Source: a virus (Duplodnaviria; Caudoviricetes). From it: a DNA stretch of 44,867 bases. Position 1 is the first letter of the stretch, and each line of letters begins with the position of its first letter. The stretch spans positions 1 through 44,867 of the IMG/VR virus record IMGVR_UViG_3300046061_000023; one strand, 5' to 3'. The notes beneath the pieces are model-generated. The model was not told where the DNA came from and searched no databases. It worked only from the letters and a program-made list of their open reading frames with translations. The position numbers and the translations under genes were made by a program. Positions 37,273 to 44,867 of the stretch are shown piece by piece.

Positions 37273-37740
37273 TCAGGACGCATCGGCGTCGACGTCATCC
37301 ATATGGTCCGGCGGGTCGCGGACCTGGTAGACCATGTCGACGACGTAATCCTGGACGATGTCGGGGTTCGGGCGGCCCGGTGCGTGCATCAGCGTCCGGG
37401 CGACGATGCTGTCGACGATCCGGTCCAGGTCGCCGTCGTCCGCTTGGTCGATGGCGACTTCATCCTGGGTGATCTGGTCGTTCGCGGTGTCGGTCCAGTC
37501 CGGCAGGTCGTCGTCATCCAGCGCGTCCATCGTCGCCGCGTACACCCGGGGTTCCGGGACGTCGATCTTCGCGGCCAACGTCGGGACGTCCACGTCGGGG
37601 ACGCTGACGTCGACTTCGACCTTCGTCAACAGTTCGTTCGTCCCCAGTTCTGACCCGGTCGGCTTCGACTGCCGGGTCCGGTGCGACCCGTCGCGCCAGT
37701 CGATGATCAGCCAGGCGGTGATGGTTTTGTCGTCAGACAT
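37273..37740 (-). CDS. Hypothetical protein
   Basis: 155 aa acidic ORF in the operon. Confidence 0.7.
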   Translation of the reverse strand: MSDDKTITAWLIIDWRDGSHRTRQSKPTGSELGTNELLTKVEVDVSVPDVDVPTLAAKIDVPEPRVYAATMDALDDDDLPDWTDTANDQITQDEVAIDQADDGDLDRIVDSIVARTLMHAPGRPNPDIVQDYVVDMVYQVRDPPDHMDDVDADAS

Positions 37741-38146
37741 CGCCGTCGCCCCCGCTGAACGCGGTCATTTCGTCCGCTGGGTGTGCGTCGCCATTGACCT
37801 GCTGGCCCAACCGCTGATATAGGTCAGCGAGGTCGGCGGCCAGTGCGTCCAGGTCTTCGGCGTCGGCCCATGCTGCTGCGGCGGCGACGGCGGTGATGGC
37901 GTCGTCGCCACCGATTTGGGCGTCGGGGTCGATGTCGATGTCCTGGGTGGTCGGGCCGTTGATGGCGACTTCGAAAACGTAGCGTCGTTCCGTCGCCTGG
38001 CCGGTAGCGATATTGATCATGCCTCCAAACCCGCGTGCGTCGCGGGTTACTTTCTTCAGTTCGAATTCGCGGACGGTGCCGCCCGCGGCTTCGATAGCGT
38101 GCTGTACGTCGTCTGCGGCTTTGAAGTCGATGTCGGTGTCGTTCAT
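37733..38146 (-). CDS. Hypothetical protein
   Basis: 137 aa, coupled to neighbours. Confidence 0.65.
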   Translation of the reverse strand: MNDTDIDFKAADDVQHAIEAAGGTVREFELKKVTRDARGFGGMINIATGQATERRYVFEVAINGPTTQDIDIDPDAQIGGDDAITAVAAAAAWADAEDLDALAADLADLYQRLGQQVNGDAHPADEMTAFSGGDGDV

Positions 38147-39216
38147 GCGTCGATAGGGTCGGCGTCGTCGTTGTTCAGTAACGGTTCGACGTGGCCCTGC
38201 CGCGGATCGTAGCCAGCATCGGCCAGCGCGTCGATGATGTCCTGGGTTGCTGGCGTCGACCCCAGGTCGACCTGATTCGCCGCGGCGGCGATGGACTTCA
38301 GGTCGTTGTAACTACCGTGGTCCCTGTGCCACACTTCCCAGGCCGACGCCCGGGATTCAAGGTCGCGGGCGTCCTTATGGCTGATGTCGACCGTCTCCGG
38401 GTCGTCCGCCCCCGGGTCAGCGTCGACATCAGCCGCTTCGTCGTCGCTGTCGCGGAACCGGCCCAGCCCGGTGTCGTCTTCGTGCGACCGCGGCGGTTCG
38501 ATGTCGACGACGTCCAGGGTCCCCGCGGCGGCGTGATCCTGGACGTACTCCGGGACGGTCCCGTCTTCGTGCTGGGTGTAGACGACTTCCTGAAGATAGG
38601 CATACCCGATGACCGCCCACCCGACGTCGGTGTCGGGATGGATGACCCAGACGCGCGTGATCCCCGGTTCGACCACGGGCGGGGCCTGCCGCTTCGACAG
38701 CGGGATGGCTTTCGATATGCCCAACGTGACGGCTTCGTCGATGAAGTCGTCCGCGTCAGGGTAGTGGGTCTTCCCGGCCCGCATCAGGACGTCGGCGTGC
38801 GGTCGCTTCCCGTGCGCCGCCAGGTCGATTTCCCCGAAGTGATCAGCGTCGAAACGGCGGGCGTCCAGCCGGTCGACGTGCCGTCGGGCTTCACTGGCCG
38901 GCGTGGCGTCTGGACTGTCGTACAGGCCCTTATCGACCATGTTCTGGACGGCGGTCGCGTCGGTCGCGTCGCCGGGGTATTCGCGGACGAAGTCCGATAG
39001 GTCGTCCAGCGCGAACTGGGAGGACAGGCCGTCGAACCGCAGGTACCCCCGCGTGAACTGGCCGTCAGTCCCCATTTCGCGGTACGGTACTGGCGGGTCC
39101 AGGCGGACGAACGACGGCAGGACGCCGTCGGGGCTGCCGATGACGCCCCGGATGTACGCCTTCCCGCGCGACAGGAACCCGCATCCGCGTTCGACGTTCG
39201 CTATGGTTCTGGTCAT
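38143..39216 (-). CDS. Hypothetical protein (357 aa)
   Basis: Long acidic ORF directly after PCNA; ERGCG N-terminal motif; function not recognised. Confidence 0.75.
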   Translation of the reverse strand: MTRTIANVERGCGFLSRGKAYIRGVIGSPDGVLPSFVRLDPPVPYREMGTDGQFTRGYLRFDGLSSQFALDDLSDFVREYPGDATDATAVQNMVDKGLYDSPDATPASEARRHVDRLDARRFDADHFGEIDLAAHGKRPHADVLMRAGKTHYPDADDFIDEAVTLGISKAIPLSKRQAPPVVEPGITRVWVIHPDTDVGWAVIGYAYLQEVVYTQHEDGTVPEYVQDHAAAGTLDVVDIEPPRSHEDDTGLGRFRDSDDEAADVDADPGADDPETVDISHKDARDLESRASAWEVWHRDHGSYNDLKSIAAAANQVDLGSTPATQDIIDALADAGYDPRQGHVEPLLNNDDADPIDA

Positions 39217-39224
39217 CGTTCAGT

Positions 39225-40112
39225 TTAGTCGCTTTGAATCCGGGGAGCCAGCATGAACTGGCCTGACGCGTTCCAGTCGGCGTGATTGAACTGTAGCATG
39301 GTCGGGTATTCGATCCCGAACTTCAGGGTGACGCGGTCCATCTTCGACCGCTTCAACCCCTTCGTCATGTCCCGCAGGTAGTCAAGGCTGAACAACGATC
39401 CCTGACCGTCACCGTCTTCACCGCCCTCTATCCAGGCGGCGTTCGGGAAGACCGCGGTGTCGGCGCGGTCGTCACCGTTGGTCAACTGGACGTCGCTGGA
39501 CATGGTTGACCCGACGACCAGCGCCGATCCGTCGATGGCGACGCCGGCGTGGTCGTGACCGTCCGTCAGCGACTTCACGGCGTCGTTCAGCGCGTCGATC
39601 CCAGGGGTCGCCCGGAACGGCAGGTCGATTCCGGGAACGTCCGGTTCGTCGCGCACGGCGTCGGGGTCGATCAGGCTGAACACGGTGACGCGCTTCATCT
39701 GCTGGTCCGGCCTGATGACGGCGACGCGCATCCGCGGGACGTCACCGCCGGGGTCCAGGATGTCGATGCGGACGGGGTCGTCGTCCGGCATCCGGGCGAA
39801 CGACAAGGCGGACGTCAACGTTTTGAAGTTGACGCCGACGGTGACGTCGCGGTTGACCTGGAAGCCGCTGAAGCCGTCCGCGTGGACCGTCAGGTCGATC
39901 ATGCCGACGTTCGCCGGGTCGACCGCAGTGATCGACAGGCCGTCCGGGTCGACGTTCAGTTTCGCCTCTTTGACCAGCGCGGTCGGGAGCCGTAGAAGGG
40001 ACCGGATCGGTTTCCCGGTCGTGGCGAACGCAGCGGCGCTATCCGTGGGGGCGTCGAACCCTAAGTCGTCGCCGGTGTCTTCAGGGACCTGCGTCTCCCC
40101 CGCGTCAGGCAT
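39225..40112 (-). CDS. pcn: PCNA DNA sliding clamp
   Basis: ALVKEAKL...GLSITAVDPANVGMIDL...SLFSLDYL...FMLAPRI. Confidence 0.92.
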   Translation of the reverse strand: MPDAGETQVPEDTGDDLGFDAPTDSAAAFATTGKPIRSLLRLPTALVKEAKLNVDPDGLSITAVDPANVGMIDLTVHADGFSGFQVNRDVTVGVNFKTLTSALSFARMPDDDPVRIDILDPGGDVPRMRVAVIRPDQQMKRVTVFSLIDPDAVRDEPDVPGIDLPFRATPGIDALNDAVKSLTDGHDHAGVAIDGSALVVGSTMSSDVQLTNGDDRADTAVFPNAAWIEGGEDGDGQGSLFSLDYLRDMTKGLKRSKMDRVTLKFGIEYPTMLQFNHADWNASGQFMLAPRIQSD

Positions 40113-40470
40113 CGGCATCACCCTGGGGGACGACGCCTTTCGCGTGGCGTTCGCCGGTCTTCGATATGACGACGTCGACGGTGTCCCCGACCGATAGCGC
40201 CTGGTCGTCAGGGTTCTGTATGAACGTAGCGACACCGTCGATGCGACCCATCGGGTCGCCTTTCTTCGTGTTCGTCCCGTCGTCTTCGATGACGGCTTCG
40301 TAGGTCGTGCCGACGGTGAGGACGTCGTCGACGTTCGACACCTTCTGGCCGTTCGGCAGGGCTTCGACCGTCGACCGGAGGTCGTCCAGTTCGGTGTTGA
40401 CCGTCGCCTGTAGGTCGTCGATTCGATTCAGCAAGTCGTCCGTCGTGACGTGATCGTCAGGTCCTTCCAT
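40105..40470 (-). CDS. Coiled-coil + TRAM (OB-like) domain protein
   Basis: VGTTYEAVIEDDG...GDPMGRIDGVATFI...VGDTVDVVISK. Confidence 0.8.
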   Translation of the reverse strand: MEGPDDHVTTDDLLNRIDDLQATVNTELDDLRSTVEALPNGQKVSNVDDVLTVGTTYEAVIEDDGTNTKKGDPMGRIDGVATFIQNPDDQALSVGDTVDVVISKTGERHAKGVVPQGDADA

Positions 40471-40606
40471 AGCTATAGGGGTCCGCTGTTCGCCGCGGGT
40501 CGCGGGACTGTGATTGTCGGCCAGTCCGGGCCGACCGCCCCGCCAGACGCGACCACGGTGGTCGGGCCGGGCGGTATGACGGCAACGACAGCGACGGGGT
40601 GGCCGG
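40471..40606 (-). repeat. Early intergenic structured element, copy D
   Basis: Core at 40533-40546; GCCGUC-AUA-CCGCC...GGCGG-GGCGGU; GGACUG-GCCGACAAUCA-CAGUCC hairpin. Confidence 0.7.
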
Positions 40607-41194
40607 TTATGGCCCGGCGTCGTCGGTGTCGCTGTATCCGAAGGTTGCGTCCAAGAGGACGATGCGGCCAGCGTCGGCGTCGATGCCGATGACGTCCCAG
40701 GGGCCGACGCCGACGTACCGTTGACCCAGCCGGCGGACGGCGGTGACGCTGACGTCAGGGTCGCAGGTGACGGTCAGTTCCGTCGGTCGCGTGCGACGGA
40801 TCGCGTAGTCGCCTGCTGGGCGGTCTTCGTCGATGACAGCCGCGGCGCTTTCGGTGGACTGTGCGACCGCGTGCCGCTGCCGTCGATCCAGGCGTTCGAT
40901 GATGTCGTCCTGGATGGCGTCCGGGTCGGTCAGCGTGACGAAGGTCGCGGAGCCGACGCCGTCACGCCGGCACTCCGGGCAAACCCCCGACCGTTCAGTT
41001 CGGCCCGCCGCTGATCGGCCTGTCTGGGGCGACAGCGGCGTGCCGCACCGGTGACAGTCGTACTCCATCGGTTCCCCTGTCTGCGGCGGTGCGTTCTCCG
41101 GGTCGACGCTGGCGTCGCCGTCGTGGGCGTCCAGTTGGTCGGTGATCATGTCGACGTGTGCGTCGCGGGTCGGGATGTCGTCGGGGTCAGTCAT
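40607..41194 (-). CDS. Zn-ribbon-containing hypothetical protein
   Basis: CHRCG...CPEC. Confidence 0.65.
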   Translation of the reverse strand: MTDPDDIPTRDAHVDMITDQLDAHDGDASVDPENAPPQTGEPMEYDCHRCGTPLSPQTGRSAAGRTERSGVCPECRRDGVGSATFVTLTDPDAIQDDIIERLDRRQRHAVAQSTESAAAVIDEDRPAGDYAIRRTRPTELTVTCDPDVSVTAVRRLGQRYVGVGPWDVIGIDADAGRIVLLDATFGYSDTDDAGP

Positions 41195-41360
41195 CGTCGT
41201 CACCGTCCCAGACTTCGACCGGGTGTTCAGCGACCGTGCAGGCGGCGTGCGGGCCGTCGTGTCCGTTGGGCTTCCCGCAGAGGTTGGCGTCGTCGCTTCT
41301 GGCGTTACAGACGGACGTGTCGTCGCTGGTACGCTTCATGACACATTGACATTCAGTCAT
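41187..41360 (-). CDS. Small Cys/His-rich protein
   Basis: CQC...C...CGKPNGHDGPH. Confidence 0.6.
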   Translation of the reverse strand: MTECQCVMKRTSDDTSVCNARSDDANLCGKPNGHDGPHAACTVAEHPVEVWDGDDDD

Positions 41361-41622
41361 CGTCATCACCGTCCTGGTCGCCCGGCTGGACCCGACGCGC
41401 CAGGTCGACGACAGCCGCTTCGGTCGGGTGGTCGCCGGTCAGGTATTCCATGCCCTGTCGGTGGTAGTGCGCCGCTTCGTCGAACGTCGCCCCCTTCGCC
41501 TTCAGGATGTGTTTATCCTGGTCCCTGGTCCCAGTGCCGCGCTTCAGTTCCGTCGTGATGCTGACCCCGTGGTCGGTGCGTTTCACTTCCTGCTGGTCGA
41601 CGTCGTCGTTGTCGTCAGTCAT
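41353..41622 (-). CDS. Hypothetical protein of haloarchaeal type
   Basis: GVSITTELKRGTGTRDQDK motif. Confidence 0.7.
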   Translation of the reverse strand: MTDDNDDVDQQEVKRTDHGVSITTELKRGTGTRDQDKHILKAKGATFDEAAHYHRQGMEYLTGDHPTEAAVVDLARRVQPGDQDGDDDD

Positions 41623-41789
41623 GGTTGTAGTCGCTGTTGGGTCTGTTCACGCCGCCGTCTGCGGCGGTGTCGATGCAACTCCCGCAGGGCGTCGATGGGC
41701 TTCAGGTCCCGGAAGTCGGGATGCCAGTAGACGATGATCATGTCCTGCCAGAAGTCGTCGCGGTCGCGGCGGCGGGACCACTTCGACAT
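41619..41789 (-). CDS. 56-aa Arg-rich protein
   Basis: MSKWSRRRDRDDFWQDMIIVYWHP...; fills the gap exactly with an ATGA overlap. Confidence 0.55.
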   Translation of the reverse strand: MSKWSRRRDRDDFWQDMIIVYWHPDFRDLKPIDALRELHRHRRRRRREQTQQRLQP

Positions 41790-41791
41790 CG

Positions 41792-42145
41792 TTAGCTCCC
41801 GTCAGGGAAGAACGTCGACTCAAACCGGGACTGGTCCATCCTGTCCTGGCGGCGTTTGTCGTCGCGGTCCAGCGTCGCGCGAAGGTCATCGACGTCGTGG
41901 CTGTCGCAGTAGGGGAGTGCGTCCAGGTCGTCGACGTGGTCGACGAACGCCGACCGTCGACGCCCCGGAACGGGCGGGTTACAGACGATGCAGTAGTCCC
42001 GATCCGCGCCGCGTCGGCGGCGGCAGAAGGCGTGGTGGCCGTCAGCCTGCCGCCGCCCGCAGTCCGGGCATTTCGGCCCGGACATCGCCCGGTCGATGTC
42101 GCTGGGCGTACAGCCCGGCGGCAGCCGCGGGTAGCGGTCTTTCAT
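41792..42145 (-). CDS. Zn-finger protein
   Basis: CPDCG...H...C and CIVC...CDSH. Confidence 0.65.
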   Translation of the reverse strand: MKDRYPRLPPGCTPSDIDRAMSGPKCPDCGRRQADGHHAFCRRRRGADRDYCIVCNPPVPGRRRSAFVDHVDDLDALPYCDSHDVDDLRATLDRDDKRRQDRMDQSRFESTFFPDGS

Positions 42146-42441
42146 CGTGTCGTCCCGGTGACGCGTAGATGCCGCGTCCACCCATCTTCGTCGGGTTTTT
42201 CCAGCAGTAGGCGGTCGTCATCGTCGTCGACCGCCCGCAACCGGTACCTGGTCTGTCCGCGGGGCGACTTGATGATCAGCGCAACGCCGTCGCGCGTCGT
42301 CCGTCGATCCATGACCACCGCGGTGTCGATGTACCGGGACAGCGCCAGGGTGTCGCCTGCGTGGGCGTCCGCCATGACGGCATCCTGGGCGCGGCCCTGG
42401 TTCATCCAGTCCTGGCTGGCTTCGTCGGTGGTGTCCATCAT
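42142..42441 (-). CDS. Hypothetical protein
   Basis: 99 aa, coupled to neighbours. Confidence 0.6.
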   Translation of the reverse strand: MMDTTDEASQDWMNQGRAQDAVMADAHAGDTLALSRYIDTAVVMDRRTTRDGVALIIKSPRGQTRYRLRAVDDDDDRLLLEKPDEDGWTRHLRVTGTTR

Positions 42442-42803
42442 CAGTAGGGTGTTCGTTTCTGCCGGGCGGCTTCCTTTGCGTTACACGAATGACAGGCGAT
42501 CAGTTCGCGCGTCGATTCGCCGCGGAACCAGCCCGGCGCGGAGGTGTCGTCCGGGTCTGAACACACTGGGCACATCCAGAAGGTCCGCCCGCAGTTGGGA
42601 CAGTCGAACCGGAGCGCGGACTGTTGGAAGCGGTCCCGCAGGTCGGTCCCGCGGTCGTCCGCGCCGCTGGGGTGCTGTACGTAGCGACCGTGTTCTTCGA
42701 ATGTCAATACGGCTGGGTCGGCGTCGGTATCGTCGATGTCGACGTCCAGGTCGTCGCGGTCGTCGTGGAAGCATCGAACCGTCTTCCCGTTGTGTGCTGA
42801 CAT
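42441..42803 (-). CDS. Multi-CxxC zinc-finger protein
   Basis: CPNCG, CPVC, CHSC. Confidence 0.7.
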   Translation of the reverse strand: MSAHNGKTVRCFHDDRDDLDVDIDDTDADPAVLTFEEHGRYVQHPSGADDRGTDLRDRFQQSALRFDCPNCGRTFWMCPVCSDPDDTSAPGWFRGESTRELIACHSCNAKEAARQKRTPY

Positions 42804-42911
42804 CGTTCGGTCCTGTGCGCCAGCGGTGTCGGCCTGGCGCGGGCCGACCGCCCCGCCAGTCGCCCCGACCCGTCGCGGGCCAGGGGCGAAGGGCGGTATG
42901 ACGGTGGGGAC
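42804..42911 (-). repeat. Early intergenic structured element, copy E
   Basis: Core at 42846-42859; ACCGUC-AUA-CCGCC...GGCGG-GGCGGU; GCGCCAG-GCCGACACCG-CUGGCGC hairpin; fills the whole intergenic gap. Confidence 0.75.
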
Positions 42912-44318
42912 TTACAACCGATGTTGGTGGTCCCCGTCGGCGTAATCATCGACCTTCTGACTGTATTCCCCGAACAGCCGCCGTTTGTCTACCTTCGACG
43001 CCGCCCCCCAGTTCCAGGCGGCGGTGTCTGAACTGTCGAACAGGCCGTCGAAGCGGTCGTGCTTGTAGACGTTTAGCGTCGCGCCGAACAGGTGGACCCA
43101 CTTGTTCGGGAAGTGGTCCCGGACGGTGGTGACGACGTCCAGGATTTCGTCGGTACTGCTCCGCTTACAGACCGTGCCGACAGCGATGCGGTCGTATCGG
43201 TCCAGCCCTTCGGCAGTCATCAGTTCGATGAAGCGTTCGTAGTGTTGGGGGTCTTTTCCCTGGATGACCGGCATGAAGTCGTGATCGTAGTCGCCCTGTT
43301 CGTAGACGTCACGCTGGCGGGCCTGGTAGTCCAGGGCGTCCAGCCAACGGTCCCGCCAGCATCCAGGCCATAGGTGGCCGGCGTCGTAGTCGAACAGGTT
43401 GACTGCGGCTTCACAGGCGACGTCCATGCCGGCGACTGCGGTCGCGCCGATGTCGTCGCCCCAGCAATGCAGTTCATAGGGGCTGTACGGGTAGTGGCCG
43501 TTTGACATCCTCCCCGCCCTGAAGGGCGAGGATTCCTCCGCTCGGGGTCGGGCCGTCCGACCCGTCGGGAGGTATCTTCGCCGTCCGCAAGAGGCGGAGA
43601 CGGCTTCTGGTGTGTGCGCCCGACGTGAGCCCCTCGCGGGGTATGGCGGATTACGCGTCCGGACGGACCCGCTATCTCCTTGCCGCGTGCGTCCCGTTCC
43701 CCCGCGAGGGAGTGCAGGGACGCCCCCTCGCGCCCCTTTCGCGGCGCGAGCGCACGGGCCGTGCCATCGGCCTGCCTGTCCTTTCGGCCACGGTGGACAG
43801 ACTCGCACGCCGGAGGGGCTGTATTTGATTGAGCCGTCGCCCCATCCCGGTGTTTCAGGGGTAGGGGTACTGTGAGGACCTTGGGTAGTTCCGGGTAGGT
43901 TGGCCCTGCGGTCCATATCGGCGGGAAGGACCCCGAGCGACTCCCATTTGATTTCGGCGATTGAGTTACCGTGGGTTCGACCCCGGCGGGCTTGAGCGTT
44001 GCGGTCGGACGAAGCAAGCGGACGGCGCGTATCCCCGCCCTAAAGGACGGGGCTTTGCGCCTGTCTTTCACGTAAGCCGCGTTCGCCAGCCCGTGCGCCG
44101 TTCCACCGTAGGGCCGCCTGAAAGCCGCCGCTGTCGACCAGCAGGCTGGCCGGGTCATCGGGGACGTGGATGCTGAACAGGTCGTCTTTCGCGCCCGGGT
44201 TTCGGTAGGCCAGCCCCGCGCTGACCAGGACCGGGACGCCTTCGAACATCCCGTCGTAGCCGCCAACTGTGTCGATGCAATAGTGCATCGTCGGCCCGTC
44301 TTTCATATCAACGTTCAC
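42912..44318 (-). pseudogene. dpdA: TGT/DpdA-like gene, copy 2, interrupted by a 570-bp IS605-type element (278 aa when rejoined)
   Basis: N-part LLVDSGGFQ; C-part MDVACE, PVIQG, IAVGTVCKR, VHLFG, DSSDTAAW. Removing 43502-44071 gives in-frame ...ERGLHGHYPY... Confidence 0.85.
43502..44071 (-). mobile_element. Non-autonomous IS200/IS605-family element with non-coding structured interior
   Basis: Inserted 3' of TTAC, ends in TCAA, no target duplication; subterminal hairpins CCCCGTCC-TTTA-GGGCGGGG (left) and CCTCGCCC-TTCA-GGGCGGGG (right); no tnpA or tnpB ORF. Confidence 0.88.
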
Positions 44319-44327
44319 CCCCGGGGT

Positions 44328-44761
44328 TCAGGCGTCGTAGGCCTGTGACGGGTCGTCCCGTGACTGTCGTTCATGTTTTGTGTGGTGAATCGAAGTGTGT
44401 TCAGATAGCGGCATCAGTTCGATATTCTCCGGGCGGTTGTCCCACTTGATGCCGTTTCGGTGGTGCGTCACGTTCCCGACGACCGCGTCGAAGCCGTATT
44501 CAGCGACCGCCAACAGGCGATGGACCATGACGCCGCGGTTCGATTCGCCGTCGTGGTGCTGGATGCGGCAGTAGCCATCGGGCGTCGTCCCGTAGTAGGG
44601 TGGTCGGTCGTTGAACGCCCTTCTGCGGTCGATGTCGTGCTTTTCATGTGATACCAGACAGTGTCGTCTGCGACGTCGAATCGGGCCCCGATTTTGGCCA
44701 GGGACAGGCCGCGGTCATGGTACAAATGGCGAAGCGTATCTGGGTCGGTGTAATCACCCAT
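44328..44761 (-). pseudogene. HTH-HNH endonuclease with a 1-nt frameshift
   Basis: HTH N-part (44761) and VHRLLA...HHRNGIKWDNRPEN C-part join if one A is added in ATGAAAAG (plus 44641-44644). Confidence 0.8.
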
Positions 44762-44799
44762 ATTCAGACGTTTAGTTACGGCGTTTGAAGTTCTTTACC

Positions 44800-44867
44800 C
44801 TACACGTTCAGTAGTTCGTCGACGTCGATGTCGTCGTTCCTGATCTGTTCCTTCAACCGCTGTTTCA
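44800..44867 (-). CDS. 3' end of the TOPRIM gene (second allele, TAG stop); closes the circle onto 1414
   Basis: Encodes ...KQRLKEQIRNDDIDVDELLNV*, the same peptide as the end of the 1347-2615 gene. Confidence 0.85.
   Translation of the reverse strand, partial: KQRLKEQIRNDDIDVDELLNV

Noticed and set aside
42804-42911. Canonical bulge-helix-bulge intron or HDV-like ribozyme for the repeated element
   Set aside because: Only one 3-nt bulge is conserved with no opposing bulge 4 bp away, and the pairings fit a nested hairpin rather than HDV topology.
43502-44071. IStron (group I intron fused to an IS)
   Set aside because: The element follows C and ends in A rather than U and omega-G, and I could not identify a P7 core. 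Not supported, though a covariance-model search is still worthwhile.
43220-44266. 348-aa ORF spanning the IS element as a possible transposase or TnpB
   Set aside because: No HUH/Y1, RuvC or Zn-ribbon motifs; Arg/Pro/Ala-rich and out of frame with dpdA on both sides.
44804-44867. attL/attR or a true terminal repeat
   Set aside because: The exact match is 55 nt, runs to the contig end inside a CDS, and no integrase was recognised; an assembly-graph overlap is more parsimonious.

Overview
Near-complete genome of a tailed haloarchaeal virus (GC-rich, very acidic proteome, siphovirus-like). Almost all genes are on the minus strand. Late block (31.2 to 3.7 kb): terS, Hjc, terL, portal, MuF, protease/scaffold, decoration protein, major capsid protein, head-tail connectors, tail tube, +1-frameshifted tail chaperone, tape measure, tail tip and beta-helix tailspike. 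Early block: many small Zn-finger/RHH genes, MazG-like protein, PCNA, a TopoVI-A/Spo11-like TOPRIM protein, two HNH genes and two divergent TGT/DpdA-like genes. The last 55 nt repeat positions 1360-1414 exactly, so the contig looks like a 43,453-bp circle plus a 1.36-kb alternative branch; each path puts a different dpdA cassette after the TOPRIM gene. Main observations: (1) a 570-bp non-coding IS200/IS605-type element (TTAC target, TCAA right end) splits dpdA-2, and exact excision restores the frame; (2) a covarying bulged stem-loop element recurs 5-6 times between early genes; (3) near-total avoidance of CTCG/CGAG except in the tailspike region and the IS; (4) an 8-copy late-promoter motif with near-constant spacing; (5) an RHH/wHTH gene with an AT-rich (TAG)10 tract inside the tail operon; (6) a sharp GC-skew inversion just upstream of terS. 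All calls come from reading motifs by eye; no searches were run.
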